Positions 20,407-30,599 are shown, numbered from the whole stretch's first letter. The stretch: DNA of 63,180 nt, filler included, from 9 parts of 9 records of this genome joined end to end with filler, not necessarily neighbours in it, one strand, 5' to 3'. A program made the numbers and translations. Notes: a model not told the origin generated them from the sequence alone.

Positions 20407-22041
20407 TCACTTACACATGATAGCGCGTAGGGCGACGAAATCATCGTACATACGCAGGAAGACGCTGTGCTTGCGCTCGTGGAAGTCGGCGACCGGCCCT
20501 GACGCCGGTTCGACGGTGCGTCCGGCCCCGTTCATAGCGGTCATGGCGGCAAGCACGGAATCGAAGCTACCCGCTGCCACCGCGCCAAGGATGGCGGCGC
20601 CCAGCAATACCGCTTCGGATTCCTTGGGAAGCACGACGCGGCAACCGGTGATGTCGGCGTGCTCGCGCAGGAACACCGGATTCTTGGTGCCGCCGCCGCA
20701 AGCGAACACGGTGTCTATGGCATAGCCCTCGGCGTTCATGGTGTCGATGATGTGCCGCGTACCGTGCGCAATTGCCTGGATGGTCGCCAGATACAGGCGC
20801 GCCATGTCGTCGACCGAACTTGACAGGGGCAGGCCGGCGATCACGCCCTTGAGGGTTGGCTCGGCGCGCGGTGAGCGGTTGCCGTGGAAGTAGGGAAGCA
20901 CATGCAGATCGCGGGTCAACTCGGCGGGAAAGGCGGCGGTTTGGGCGAGCGCGTCGAGGCGGTCGTTGAGCACCTGATAGACGGTGCGGCCGGACTTTTC
21001 GGCCTCGTTCTTCACCTCGAAGGCGCGAGCGTGTGTATGGATGACATGGTCAATCAGCGCCCCGGTTGCCGACTGCCCACCCTCGGAAAGCCACATCCCC
21101 GGCACCATCGCCGAATAGTACGGTCCCCACACGCCGGGCACGAAAATCGCCTCGCGCGAGACCGCCATGTGGCAGCTCGAAGTGCCGCCGATGAGAGCCA
21201 CCCGCCGCTCCATATCCGACTCGCTTGGAAGCGATTCCCCAAGTGGCGCGCCGAGCATTCCCAGCCCACCGGCATGGGCGTCGATGATCGATACGCCGAC
21301 CGCCGTTCCAGGCCGCAAACCAAGTTCCTTCGCCGCCAGTTTGGTCAACCCGGTACCGATCGGCTGGCCCATCGGCTGCACCGCCCGACCGATACGCGCA
21401 AACCCCTCGTCGGCGAGATCCTCCAGGCCGACCGCGCGGAAATACTCTTCGTCCCAGCGTTCCTCGTGGCCGAGATAAGTCCATTTGCAGACCGTCGAGC
21501 ACAGCGAGCGCGAATCAACGCCGGTCGCCCGGTAGGTGAGAAAATCGGGAAGATCAAGAAAGCGCGCCGTCCTTTTCCAGGCATCCGCCAGGTTCTCCTT
21601 GATCCACAGGAGCTTGGGCGTTTCCATCTCGGGTGAGATGACGCCGCCCACATAGTCCAGGACCCGGTGCCCGCTGGCGTTGATGCGGGCTGCCTGCGGA
21701 ATCGCCCGATGGTCCATCCAGACGATGACGTTCTGCGAACCTTTGCCGCTCGGGCTCAGGGATACCGGCCGATCCTCGGCATCGAGGGCGACCAGAGAGC
21801 ATGTTGCGTCAAAGCCGATACCGGCAATCCCGTCAGGACCGATGCCAGCCGACTTCAGAGCTTCGTGTGTGGCCGCGCAGCACGCACGCCAGATGTCCTC
21901 CGACGACTGCTCGACGAAGTCGGGCTCGGGCCGCCACATACGAATGTCCTGGCTGGCCTGGGCGAGCATTTTACCGGCGCCGTCGAAGATGCCGGCCCTA
22001 GCGCTTCCGGTGCCGACGTCGATACCCAGATACGCGGCCAT
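20407..22041 (-). CDS. FGGY-family pentulose (D-ribulose-type) kinase
   Basis: [74 protein letters not shown]. Confidence 0.92.
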   Translation of the reverse strand: MAAYLGIDVGTGSARAGIFDGAGKMLAQASQDIRMWRPEPDFVEQSSEDIWRACCAATHEALKSAGIGPDGIAGIGFDATCSLVALDAEDRPVSLSPSGKGSQNVIVWMDHRAIPQAARINASGHRVLDYVGGVISPEMETPKLLWIKENLADAWKRTARFLDLPDFLTYRATGVDSRSLCSTVCKWTYLGHEERWDEEYFRAVGLEDLADEGFARIGRAVQPMGQPIGTGLTKLAAKELGLRPGTAVGVSIIDAHAGGLGMLGAPLGESLPSESDMERRVALIGGTSSCHMAVSREAIFVPGVWGPYYSAMVPGMWLSEGGQSATGALIDHVIHTHARAFEVKNEAEKSGRTVYQVLNDRLDALAQTAAFPAELTRDLHVLPYFHGNRSPRAEPTLKGVIAGLPLSSSVDDMARLYLATIQAIAHGTRHIIDTMNAEGYAIDTVFACGGGTKNPVFLREHADITGCRVVLPKESEAVLLGAAILGAVAAGSFDSVLAAMTAMNGAGRTVEPASGPVADFHERKHSVFLRMYDDFVALRAIMCK

Positions 22042-22044
22042 CGC

Positions 22045-23550
22045 CTAGCCACCCGCCAAGATACGGACCTTGAAGCCCATGTCCCGGCTGAGTGCGACCA
22101 TCTCCTCGAAGATGTCGCCGTAGGCCACCGCCACATGGTTGCTGAAATAGTGCGCCATCAGGGTATCGCGGCTGATTCCCAGGTCGGTCGCCATCAGCGG
22201 CCATTCGGGAGTCGTGCCGTTCCACCACGCCTCGCGCTTCTCGGCGGGCAGATCGACCACCTCGCCCCGGCCGACGTCCATCCACAATTCGCCGCCCCGG
22301 ATGTAGGCCCGCGACCACGTGACCTTGCCCGGAAGGCTGAGGCCGGTGAAGGTGCCGCCGGGCACCGGAAAATATCCGGCCGGCTGCCGGTAGGAGTGAA
22401 CACCGTGCAGGCTGTCGGGATCGTGGTTGAAGGCGTAGGCCCCGCTGGAGCCCGAATTCAAAAGCACCCACACGAACCGGCCTTCATGCTCGCCGCCCCA
22501 GCGGATGTCGTGAAAGAATACCGCCTGGTGGAGCCCCTTGACCTTGAGGAGCCGCTTCATCAACTCCATCGGCACCAGGTTCCCCTGGTCGGCCTCTGTC
22601 GAATCGACGATCGTATCCCCGTTCGATTCCGGACGGCAGGCCGTGTTCAGCAGTCCTTCCGCGAAGTCCGACGGCGGCCGTAGCCCGATCAAACCCAGCT
22701 GGTACTGCCAGCCGACACAGTCGGCCTTGAACTCGTCGATCAGGTCGAGGACCGTCAGATAGTCTCTCAGTTGTTCCTTGGTCGCGTGTGCGTCGAAGTC
22801 TCCGCCATAGTGAAACTCGACCCCTTTGTCACATACGAAGCGGTAGGCATCGTCGATGCGCTTCTGATCGATGCGTTGGCCACGTTCGACGATCCACGCC
22901 TGGTCCACTTTGTGTTCGGTGAAACCAACACCATTCAGTAGACGCGGCCCGAAATAGCCGTTGATCATGCCCATCGAGGTATCACCCAGCATGAGTGCCA
23001 GCACCCGTCGCCGCCGAACCTCCGCCGCTACTTCGTCGGCCAGCGCCGCGGCAGCGCCCGAAACCGCCGGCGGATCGGCGATCTCATCTTCGGGATAGGC
23101 GATGCGGCCTGTTCCACACCATTCGTCGAGGCTCGCCATGAAGCCGTCGTCCGCCGTCCAGTCCTGGGCGTCGGTCCAGGCCCGGCTGAACGGGCGCCCG
23201 ACGCTCTCCAGACACGCCCCCGTGTTCAGCAGCCCAACCAGCCCCGGCCAGGTGCCTGAGAAATTGCTGGCCAGTAGCAGCGGATTGTCCTTACCGACCA
23301 CACCGTCGGTGGTGTGCGGACCGTATACCCAGTGCACGCAGACACCGACGAGCGGATCATCGACCGGGCCCAGTTTTTCGATCGATTCATGAGGTTTGGT
23401 CAGGAATCCCTCGATGCGATAGGGCGTCCGCCCCAACTTGCGGAGCGCCTTTTCCAGTTGCACGGTCGCCGCCTCCATTTGCGGCAGCGCATCTGCATTG
23501 GACTTGGCGCGGTAATCGCCGGGCCAGAATATGGCAACTGCGTTTCTCAT
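22045..23550 (-). CDS. L-fucose/D-arabinose isomerase-like protein
   Basis: FucI-type motifs SMG, DFAEGLLN, STEAD (Glu), FHDIR (Asp), NSG, TPEWP, SNH (His). ATG 23550 overlaps the upstream TGA and has a GGAGAGG RBS. Confidence 0.8.
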   Translation of the reverse strand: MRNAVAIFWPGDYRAKSNADALPQMEAATVQLEKALRKLGRTPYRIEGFLTKPHESIEKLGPVDDPLVGVCVHWVYGPHTTDGVVGKDNPLLLASNFSGTWPGLVGLLNTGACLESVGRPFSRAWTDAQDWTADDGFMASLDEWCGTGRIAYPEDEIADPPAVSGAAAALADEVAAEVRRRRVLALMLGDTSMGMINGYFGPRLLNGVGFTEHKVDQAWIVERGQRIDQKRIDDAYRFVCDKGVEFHYGGDFDAHATKEQLRDYLTVLDLIDEFKADCVGWQYQLGLIGLRPPSDFAEGLLNTACRPESNGDTIVDSTEADQGNLVPMELMKRLLKVKGLHQAVFFHDIRWGGEHEGRFVWVLLNSGSSGAYAFNHDPDSLHGVHSYRQPAGYFPVPGGTFTGLSLPGKVTWSRAYIRGGELWMDVGRGEVVDLPAEKREAWWNGTTPEWPLMATDLGISRDTLMAHYFSNHVAVAYGDIFEEMVALSRDMGFKVRILAGG

Positions 23551-24790
23551 GTCGAAGCCTCTCCATTCGCAATCGCGACGAATTCTAGCGCCATCGCCGC
23601 GGTCCACGTAAAATGTCCGCCGCCGCATGGCGCGCCAGTCATCGGATCGTAGTATTCGGCGAAGCCACTCTTCTCGACCAATGCGAGGCTGGAATTGGTG
23701 ATCCGTTCGGCCAGCGCATCCTGGCCGGCATCAAGAAGCCCTACCGCAATCATGAAATTGGTGATCAGCCAAACTGGCCCGCGCCAATAGCGCTTGGCCT
23801 CGAAGCGCGTGTCGGCGGGATCGTGCGTTGGGATCACGTACTCGACCTGATCGGCCTGCCGCATGATGGTGGCAGCGATGCGCTCCGCCCGCGGTTTGGG
23901 CACGCCCGCGAATACGGGCAGCAATCCACCCATCGAGGGGCTGTCCATCAACTGCCCTGTGACGCGGTTCCTGGGAAGATACTGGCCGTGGTTTTCGCTC
24001 CACAACTCTTCCAGTGCAGCCCTTCCGTTCTCTGCGAACTTGAGGTTGCGCTCTGCGATTTCACGCTCTCCCAGTGATTCGGCAAGATCGGCGAGATCAG
24101 CGCAGGACCGGATCAGCATGGCATTGAAACCGGGGTCAACCACTTGGAAAGGTGACGCGTCGTGCAGTTTCGTGTTGTCCCAGCCCAAGGCACGGAAATG
24201 CTGAACCAACCATACATAGCGGTCGTATTCCGCGTCGGTCGGTCGGTGCGCCGGATTGGAGTGTTGGATATCGCGTCTCTGATAGGGTTTGACGCCGTCG
24301 GTGGGAACGCGATCAAGGGCCCCGTCCCAATCGACCGAGTTGTCTCGGCCCGCCTCCCACGGATGGAGGATTGCGGCCAATCCCTCCCGCTTGGGATCAC
24401 GGTGGGTAAAAAACCAGCGGTGGCACGCATCGATCCGCGGCATCAAACTGCGGGCAAACGTCGCCGCGCGATCTTTGTTTTCCGATCGGTCGTGGAGGCG
24501 CCGTATCGTGAACCCGGCAACGCATGGCTGGGTGATTCCCGAGGTTGCCGTGGGCCTTCCGGTTCCCCATACGGCCGGTCCCGGAAAATAGCTGTCACTA
24601 TTCGAGTGAAATACGATGTGCGGCACCATGCCGTCCGGCCACTGGTGGTCGAAAAGCGTCTGGATCTCGATCCAGGCCCTCGGCTCATCATAGTGTCGCT
24701 GCCCCAGCGCGGTGAGGCAGGAATCCCAGTTCCACTGGAACGGATAAAGGCCGGAAGTCGGAACTGCGTAGTTGCCGCGGTCGTTTTTTA
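23547..24790 (-). CDS. GH63 mannosylglycerate/glucosylglycerate hydrolase-like glycoside hydrolase (5' truncated)
   Basis: Frame is open to the contig edge: NDRGNYAVPTSGLYPFQWNWDS, DGMVPHI, YFPGP, SGITQP, HPWEAGRDNS, YWRGPVW, GFAEYYDP, FTWTAA. Confidence 0.88.
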
Positions 24791-24890
24791 NNNNNNNNNN
24801 NNNNNNNNNNNNNNNNNNNNNNNNNNNNNNNNNNTTAATTAATTAANNNNNNNNNNNNNNNNNNNNNNNNNNNNNNNNNNNNNNNNNNNN
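24791..24890. other. Artificial contig spacer
   Basis: N44-TTAATTAATTAA-N44. Confidence 0.99.
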
Positions 24891-24975
24891 GCCTCCGGCG
24901 GCCCTTCGGGGACCAAAGAAAACTTTGAAAAGTTTTCTCTGGACTCTTTCAAACTTTTTTAACAGGGCTTCGCCG
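24891..24975. repeat. REP-like extragenic palindromic element starting GCCTCCGGCGGC
   Basis: Internal hairpin AGAAAACT/AGTTTTCT. The same 12-mer recurs at 31207-31218 and, with one mismatch, at 27830-27841. Confidence 0.6.
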
Positions 24976-24990
24976 CTGTCGTACGACAGA

Positions 24991-25413
24991 TTAGGATATC
25001 ATTTCCAGAATCGATTCAATCCCCTCACCAGTAACAGAACTGGTGCGGATGATTTCCTTTGCTCCGGCCTGCTTGAGAAAGCGTTCAGCCAGAACGGGAT
25101 CGGCATTTGGTGCGTCGACTTTGGAGACAAGGCCGATAACCTTGCGGTTGAACATGGAAGCGAAAAGAGGCGGAAAAAGGCTGGTCCGGCGGGTGGAATC
25201 TTGGATGATAGCCAAGACTTTGCAATCTGCGGAAGAAGTAATCAGGGCGTGATAGAACCAGCTGTTTTCGAGAAATTCACCGGGAGTATTGATGAACGGG
25301 CCGAAATGCTCAACAGCCATGGCTCGACGCGGGGAGTAGGATTCCTCGGAAAGGACTTTGATAAGCGAGCTTTTACCGGAACGGGTCTCACCCACAAACA
25401 TGGTCTTTTTCAT
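24991..25413 (-). CDS. EutP/PduV family microcompartment GTP-binding protein
   Basis: GETRSGKSS P-loop, INTPGEFLE, FPPLFA, SKVD. Confidence 0.88.
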   Translation of the reverse strand: MKKTMFVGETRSGKSSLIKVLSEESYSPRRAMAVEHFGPFINTPGEFLENSWFYHALITSSADCKVLAIIQDSTRRTSLFPPLFASMFNRKVIGLVSKVDAPNADPVLAERFLKQAGAKEIIRTSSVTGEGIESILEMIS

Positions 25414-25431
25414 AACAGACAGAACCCCCGC

Positions 25432-25791
25432 TTAGGAGCGAGTAAGCTCTACAGAAGAATAATGCAGGGTGCCCTCAAAATAATCAAGAACTGCACGAAG
25501 CGAAGCTTCCACACTGGCAACATCTCCCAGAATCAGCAGAGAACCGCCGAAACGGTCCAGAAATCCGATCTCAACGGAAGCAGCCTTGGTGGCGACATCA
25601 GAGGCGATGATTACGCCCTCGCTAGGAGTGATAGTCATGATGCCGATGGCTCCGGCGGAGTTATCATCCAGACCGAGCTTGAGATAAATATCCCGGTGCG
25701 GGCTGGCAATAAGATGGGCAAGGGTAACCTGCTTACCGGGAACGTATTCCTGAATAATGCGCTGTTTGTTGTCATTGTCCATCATAATCAA
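25432..25791 (-). CDS. EutS/PduU-type permuted BMC shell protein
   Basis: [39 protein letters not shown]. Confidence 0.94.
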   Translation of the reverse strand: MIMMDNDNKQRIIQEYVPGKQVTLAHLIASPHRDIYLKLGLDDNSAGAIGIMTITPSEGVIIASDVATKAASVEIGFLDRFGGSLLILGDVASVEASLRAVLDYFEGTLHYSSVELTRS

Positions 25792-25801
25792 ACTCCTTTA
25801 T

Positions 25802-25841
25802 AAAAAACCGGCACGTGCTGAAGTGGAAAGGCACGTGCCGG
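25802..25841 (-). terminator. Intra-operon intrinsic terminator-like hairpin
   Basis: 11-bp stem CCGGCACGTGC/GCACGTGCCGG followed by T6 on the minus strand, between the PduT-like and EutS-like genes. Confidence 0.65.
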
Positions 25842-25874
25842 CAATATGACATGTGCTCCAGTGTTAATACAACA

Positions 25875-26426
25875 CTAGATCAACTGTTCTTTAATACCTT
25901 CGCTGGGGGAAGGAATAACTACGTGGCTATGAACCGGACCGGAGTCAGCAACACCTTCGATTCCAGCTTCAACAGAAGCTTTAACGGAGCCAACATCACC
26001 GGTCATGGTTACGAAAGCTTTACCTGCGAGACCGGCAGCCATACGAATTTCAATCAGGCTGACATCTGCGGCCTTTGCAGCTGCATCAGCAGCAAGAATA
26101 CAGGAAGCGATAGTGTAGGTTTCAATTACGCCCAGTGCATTGATACGAGGCACGATGGAAGTGCCGCTCAGTGCAGGAATAACATCCGCGTGAATGCTGG
26201 GGATGGTGAAGTGGTCAACAACCATGTCGCCGCCGATTTCACAACCTACTTCAACGGAGCTCTTAACAGCACCGGTGTCACCACAAACAACAACAATATA
26301 TCTGCCCGGACAGGTAGGGCGGGCCATGACCAGCTCGACAGATGCTGCTTTGAGCATTTCATCTGCGGTGTGAATGCCGAGGGCAACGCTGTTCAGTTCT
26401 ACACAACCGATAGTACGTAAATCCAT
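25875..26426 (-). CDS. PduT-like tandem-domain BMC shell protein
   Basis: Two BMC domains. ADEMLKAA, PTCPGRY (pore Cys), LAADAAAKAA, GLAGKAF..TGDVGSV. Confidence 0.92.
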   Translation of the reverse strand: MDLRTIGCVELNSVALGIHTADEMLKAASVELVMARPTCPGRYIVVVCGDTGAVKSSVEVGCEIGGDMVVDHFTIPSIHADVIPALSGTSIVPRINALGVIETYTIASCILAADAAAKAADVSLIEIRMAAGLAGKAFVTMTGDVGSVKASVEAGIEGVADSGPVHSHVVIPSPSEGIKEQLI

Positions 26427-26483
26427 TTTATATCTCCTTTTGGAAGGGGATGCGCAAAGCGCTTTTACAGGATACCCTGCAAA

Positions 26484-27809
26484 TTATTTCTTGATAACTA
26501 CTACGCCGTTCTCAACGCTTTCGACGATTCCGTCGATACTGGCGTGAATCCTTGCACCCATTGCGCCTTCGGGAATTTCACCGAGCAGGTCGCCACAACT
26601 TACCTTATCTCCTGCGGAAACAACACACTGTGCCGGAGCACCGATGTGCTGGCCGAGACGGATATTAACCACTGAAGGAATGAACTCACCTGCGTATTCG
26701 GGATGACCGTCATACTTGGAAAGGTTCAGACGCTGGATCAGGCGTTTGGTGGGAATAGCTCTGCTTGCACGGAACGGGTTGGCTTTCAGTTCATTGCCCT
26801 TGGATTCCCAGGTTACGCGTTCCTTCATCAGGACCTGCTTGATCTGGGCATTTACTTCACGAGGAGAAATCATCATGGGGCAGGCAAATTTTTCACAGAT
26901 ACCGCATTCGGAGCAAAGCAGTGCTTCCTTGGCAACTTCGGTATCCAGCTCATTGTTGGCAATCACGCGCATCAATTTGTGAGGATGCAGGGAGTGGCCG
27001 AGCAGGTTACGTGGACAGAGATCGGTGCAGCGGGAACACTGACAGCAGACAGTGTTGGTGATGCGACGAATCTTATCGGGGTCCATGACCTTGCCTGCTA
27101 CCACGTTGTGGTTCGGGGGCAGAACCAGAAGTCCACTGGTGGTCTTGGTCACCGGCTGATTGGTGTCGGGAAGAACCCGGCCCATCATGGGACCGCCGTC
27201 CACTACTTTGTAGTCGGAGATGGTCGGTCCGCCTGCGAACTCCAGTACGTCAGAAACAAGAGTTCCCACGGGAACTTTAACCACCATGGGCTTTTTGATT
27301 TCCCCGGCTACAGTCAAGTAACGGTAAGTTACCGGCTTACCGTCCATGGCCAAAGCCACGTTGAACAGGGACTCGGTGTTGCTGACCACAGCGCCCACCT
27401 GAAGGGGGATACCGCGTTCAGGAACAGTACGGCCCAGTACTTCGTAAACCAGCACCTGCTCATCACCGGCAGGATAAAAATCTTTAAGTACGAAACATTC
27501 AAGGCGACCGGAACCGTCACGAGCAACAGCATCCTGCACAGCTTTAACTGCTTTAGCGTGTTTGCCCTTAAGACAGATGATGCCTTTCTTGGCACCGGTG
27601 CAGTCCATGATCGCTTCGAGGCCGCGGATCATGGTGTCCACTTCCGCTTCCATGAGATATGGATCGCTCATGAGCAGCGGTTCACAGGATGCACCGTTAA
27701 CCAGAACGGTGTCCACGTTAGCCTCGGCCTTAACGTGAGTCGGGAGTCCAGCACCACCGGCACCGACGACACCTGTCTCACGAATAATATCAACTATATT
27801 TGCAGCCAT
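26484..27809 (-). CDS. PduS/RnfC-like flavin/4Fe-4S oxidoreductase
   Basis: GVVGAGGAGLPTHVK, NGASCEP, YPAGDE, GGPMMG, CCQCSRCTDLCP, CSECGICEKFACP, QHIGAPA. Confidence 0.92.
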   Translation of the reverse strand: MAANIVDIIRETGVVGAGGAGLPTHVKAEANVDTVLVNGASCEPLLMSDPYLMEAEVDTMIRGLEAIMDCTGAKKGIICLKGKHAKAVKAVQDAVARDGSGRLECFVLKDFYPAGDEQVLVYEVLGRTVPERGIPLQVGAVVSNTESLFNVALAMDGKPVTYRYLTVAGEIKKPMVVKVPVGTLVSDVLEFAGGPTISDYKVVDGGPMMGRVLPDTNQPVTKTTSGLLVLPPNHNVVAGKVMDPDKIRRITNTVCCQCSRCTDLCPRNLLGHSLHPHKLMRVIANNELDTEVAKEALLCSECGICEKFACPMMISPREVNAQIKQVLMKERVTWESKGNELKANPFRASRAIPTKRLIQRLNLSKYDGHPEYAGEFIPSVVNIRLGQHIGAPAQCVVSAGDKVSCGDLLGEIPEGAMGARIHASIDGIVESVENGVVVIKK

Positions 27810-27888
27810 TTGATTGTTCCTTCAGATTTGCCTCCGGCAGCTCAGCGACATAAAGCCGAGCTGCCGGATTCGTTCAAAATAGCTATAT

Positions 27889-28998
27889 CTACCAAGCCTT
27901 GAGCAGAAGTTCCTTCACATCATCACGTGAAGGATTTCTGGGATTGCTAGCAGTGCAGATATCATCAAGCACGTTGCGGGCAATAGTGTTCAGGCTGGTT
28001 TTAAAAACACTTTCATCAATCTTCAATGCGCCGATATTGTTGGGAATGCCCATGGACTCATTGAGTTCACTAACCGCGTCGATGAGTGAACGAGTTCCTT
28101 CTTCGACTGTTGCAGCAGGCAGTTCCAGCATGGTGGCTATTTCGTGGTAACGGATCCCCACATCAAAACTGTTGAACTTGATTGCGTGGGGCAGGACTAC
28201 CGCGTTTGCCAGTCCATGCGGCACATGAAAAATTCCGCCAAGGGAATGGGCGATAGAATGAGTAATCCCCAGTCCGCTGTTGTTGAAAGCCATACCTGCC
28301 ATGCAGGAACCGAGCAGCATGTGCTCGCGTGCTTCCATGTCATCGCCGTTGATGTAGGCCCGCTTGAGATACTTGAATACGTAACGGATAGCGTATCTTG
28401 CGTAGATGGAAGTAAAAGCGTTGGCATCACGGGATGTATATGCCTCAATGGCGTGGGTCAGCACGTCCATGCCTGTTGCCGCAGTTACGTGTGGCGGCAG
28501 GGAACGGGTGAAACGGGCATCGAGGATAGCCATATCCGGGATGAGCATTTCATCGTTAAGAGGAATCTTAACCTCGTTAACTTTATCAGTGACCACAGCA
28601 TAACTGGTAACTTCAGCCCCGGTACCACTGGTGGTGGGGATGGCGACCAGTGTAGGTCTGACCTTTCCTTCAAGGGCCTTTCCGGCGAAAAAGGAAATGG
28701 CCTTAGCCGCATCAATGGGTGAACCTCCGCCGAGGGCGATGATCAGGTCGGCTTGGTTTTTAAGGAAAATCTGTGCTCCCTTGGTAACTGTCTCAAGGGA
28801 AGGATCGGGTTCAACCTCATCGAAGATGATGAAGGGAATCCCTTTACGATCAAGATGGGTGCGGACCCGGTCAGCAAACCCGGTCTTAACCATGAATGAA
28901 TCGGTAACAATAAAAGCCCGCGTAGCAGGAATGGTCTCCAGATTGTCCAGAGCATCTTCGCCATAGCAGATCTTTGTTTTGCCGTAGAACTGTGTCAC
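27889..28998 (-). CDS. Iron-containing alcohol dehydrogenase (PduQ/CutO-like)
   Basis: GGGSPIDAAK, PTTSGTGAEVT, GMDVLTHAIE, GITHSIAH, PHGLAN. GTG 28998 has a GGAG RBS. Confidence 0.93.
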   Translation of the reverse strand: MTQFYGKTKICYGEDALDNLETIPATRAFIVTDSFMVKTGFADRVRTHLDRKGIPFIIFDEVEPDPSLETVTKGAQIFLKNQADLIIALGGGSPIDAAKAISFFAGKALEGKVRPTLVAIPTTSGTGAEVTSYAVVTDKVNEVKIPLNDEMLIPDMAILDARFTRSLPPHVTAATGMDVLTHAIEAYTSRDANAFTSIYARYAIRYVFKYLKRAYINGDDMEAREHMLLGSCMAGMAFNNSGLGITHSIAHSLGGIFHVPHGLANAVVLPHAIKFNSFDVGIRYHEIATMLELPAATVEEGTRSLIDAVSELNESMGIPNNIGALKIDESVFKTSLNTIARNVLDDICTASNPRNPSRDDVKELLLKAW

Positions 28999-29058
28999 CC
29001 TTTTCTCCAATAAATCAAAGTATCAAGGTTAAAAATCTATTCAGCTAGAAATTTGTAT

Positions 29059-29098
29059 AGGGGCGCAGGTGTGAGGGGTGAGGGGTACCTGCGCCCCT
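29059..29098. other. Strong intergenic stem-loop 3' of the major shell gene
   Basis: Perfect 12-bp stem AGGGGCGCAGGT/ACCTGCGCCCCT starting 7 nt after the BMC-H stop. Confidence 0.7.
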
Positions 29099-29105
29099 TA
29101 TGTCC

Positions 29106-29390
29106 TTACTTTACAGCGCATTTGGGAAGAATAACTTCCACTTCGCTGTGAGGACGGGGTATCACGTGTACACTGCGCAGTTCGCCTACGCGCTCAGCAG
29201 CTGCTGCACCAGCATCTACTGCTGCTTTAACAGCACCAACATCGCCACGAACCATTACGGTTACGAGACCACCGCCGACCTGTTCACGGCCAACGAGAGT
29301 TACGTTTGCTGCTTTAACCATAGCATCGGCTGCTTCGACAGAGCCGACCAAACCTTTAGTTTCTACCATTCCGAGAGCGTTGGATGACAT
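29106..29390 (-). CDS. BMC-H hexameric shell protein (EutM/PduA-like)
   Basis: [38 protein letters not shown]. Confidence 0.97.
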   Translation of the reverse strand: MSSNALGMVETKGLVGSVEAADAMVKAANVTLVGREQVGGGLVTVMVRGDVGAVKAAVDAGAAAAERVGELRSVHVIPRPHSEVEVILPKCAVK

Positions 29391-29418
29391 AATTTTCTCC
29401 TCTTAGGATACTAGCCTT

Positions 29419-29763
29419 TTAAATATTTCCTTTAACGGCATCAGCAAGCTTGAAGCTCATTTCCTTGAGCTGGGCAAGGTCGGTGATTCCGTATTCTTCC
29501 TTCAGCAGCACCGCAATGCCCATGACCAGTTCTTCGCAACCGTCACAAACTTCCTTGGTGCAGTCAGGGTTACCGCATCCGCCGTTACCGGATTCGGCAA
29601 CTGCAGCAGCGGCGTCTTCCACGCGGGCGATCTTGATCTTTCTCTTACGGAGCTCATCTTTGGCACCGGGAGTCATGATCATGGTGTTGTCCACGTAGAA
29701 AGTGTCACTGTCCGGGCAGAGAAATGAATCAAGGTTGCCCGCTTCGATAAGTTTCTTTTTCAT
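29419..29763 (-). CDS. BMC-locus hypothetical protein with Cys-rich insert
   Basis: MIMTPGAKDEL motif, CGNPDCTKEVCDGC, amphipathic C-terminal helix. Tightly packed in the operon. Confidence 0.75.
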   Translation of the reverse strand: MKKKLIEAGNLDSFLCPDSDTFYVDNTMIMTPGAKDELRKRKIKIARVEDAAAAVAESGNGGCGNPDCTKEVCDGCEELVMGIAVLLKEEYGITDLAQLKEMSFKLADAVKGNI

Positions 29764-29765
29764 CT

Positions 29766-30314
29766 TTACCTCGTTCCCCTTACTAAGGCCTTTACGACCG
29801 AGGCGTCGGGTCCGGGGATGACGACCGCCTCAACAAGATTGTTGCCCAAAGCGGCGGATGCAGCGTCTGCGGCTTCCTGAACCGCAGCCACATCGCCGCT
29901 CATAACGAAATATGATTTGCCGTTGATACCCTGTCCCGCGACAAAACGGGCCAGCTCTATGCCGGAACGCTTGACTGCGACATCCGCTGCCACCACGCCA
30001 GTGGAAACATTGCGGCACTCGATAACTCCGAGAGACTGAACATCTGCAATGGCAACAGGGCTTTTCAGCACTGCTGCCACTTCCGGCGAAAGGCTGGAAA
30101 TAACAAAACTCGCCTTGATCTTACCCTCATCAGCATCCGCAGCATCAACACTGGCTGACACAGAAGCACGTTCACCGGAAACAAAGATCAGGTATCTGCC
30201 GGAACAAATAGTAGAAGCGCGGACAAGTTCGACATCCGCGGCTTTCATCATGGCATCCGCAATCCGTACTCCGGATGCGATGTTCCAACATTCAACTATT
30301 CCCAGCGTATCCAT
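29766..30314 (-). CDS. Second PduT-like tandem-domain BMC shell protein
   Basis: ADAMMKAA, STICSGRY, VAADVAVK, GINGKSY..SGDVAAV. Confidence 0.9.
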   Translation of the reverse strand: MDTLGIVECWNIASGVRIADAMMKAADVELVRASTICSGRYLIFVSGERASVSASVDAADADEGKIKASFVISSLSPEVAAVLKSPVAIADVQSLGVIECRNVSTGVVAADVAVKRSGIELARFVAGQGINGKSYFVMSGDVAAVQEAADAASAALGNNLVEAVVIPGPDASVVKALVRGTR

Positions 30315-30319
30315 AATAA

Positions 30320-30589
30320 TTAAACCTGAGCCTGAACTTCGTCGATGATACCAACTATGGAAGCATCTACCGGAGCATCATGATTGCGCAGAGCCATACG
30401 TGCGGAACTTCCGGTGGTTACCAGAACCTGTTCGCCGATACCCGCACCAACGCAGTCCACAGCTACGAAAACTTCAGCACTGCCCTTTTCTTCGATATCC
30501 AGCCGCTGAACAACCATCAGCTTCTCCCCGCTCAAATCTTCATTCTTGCGAGTGGCCCAAACATTGCCGACAACTTTACAGATGATCAT
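30320..30589 (-). CDS. EutN/CcmL family BMC vertex (pentamer) protein
   Basis: KVVGNVWATRK, VAVDCVGAGIGE, GSSAR, PVDASIVGIID. Confidence 0.96.
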   Translation of the reverse strand: MIICKVVGNVWATRKNEDLSGEKLMVVQRLDIEEKGSAEVFVAVDCVGAGIGEQVLVTTGSSARMALRNHDAPVDASIVGIIDEVQAQV

Positions 30590-30599
30590 AAAACAATCC

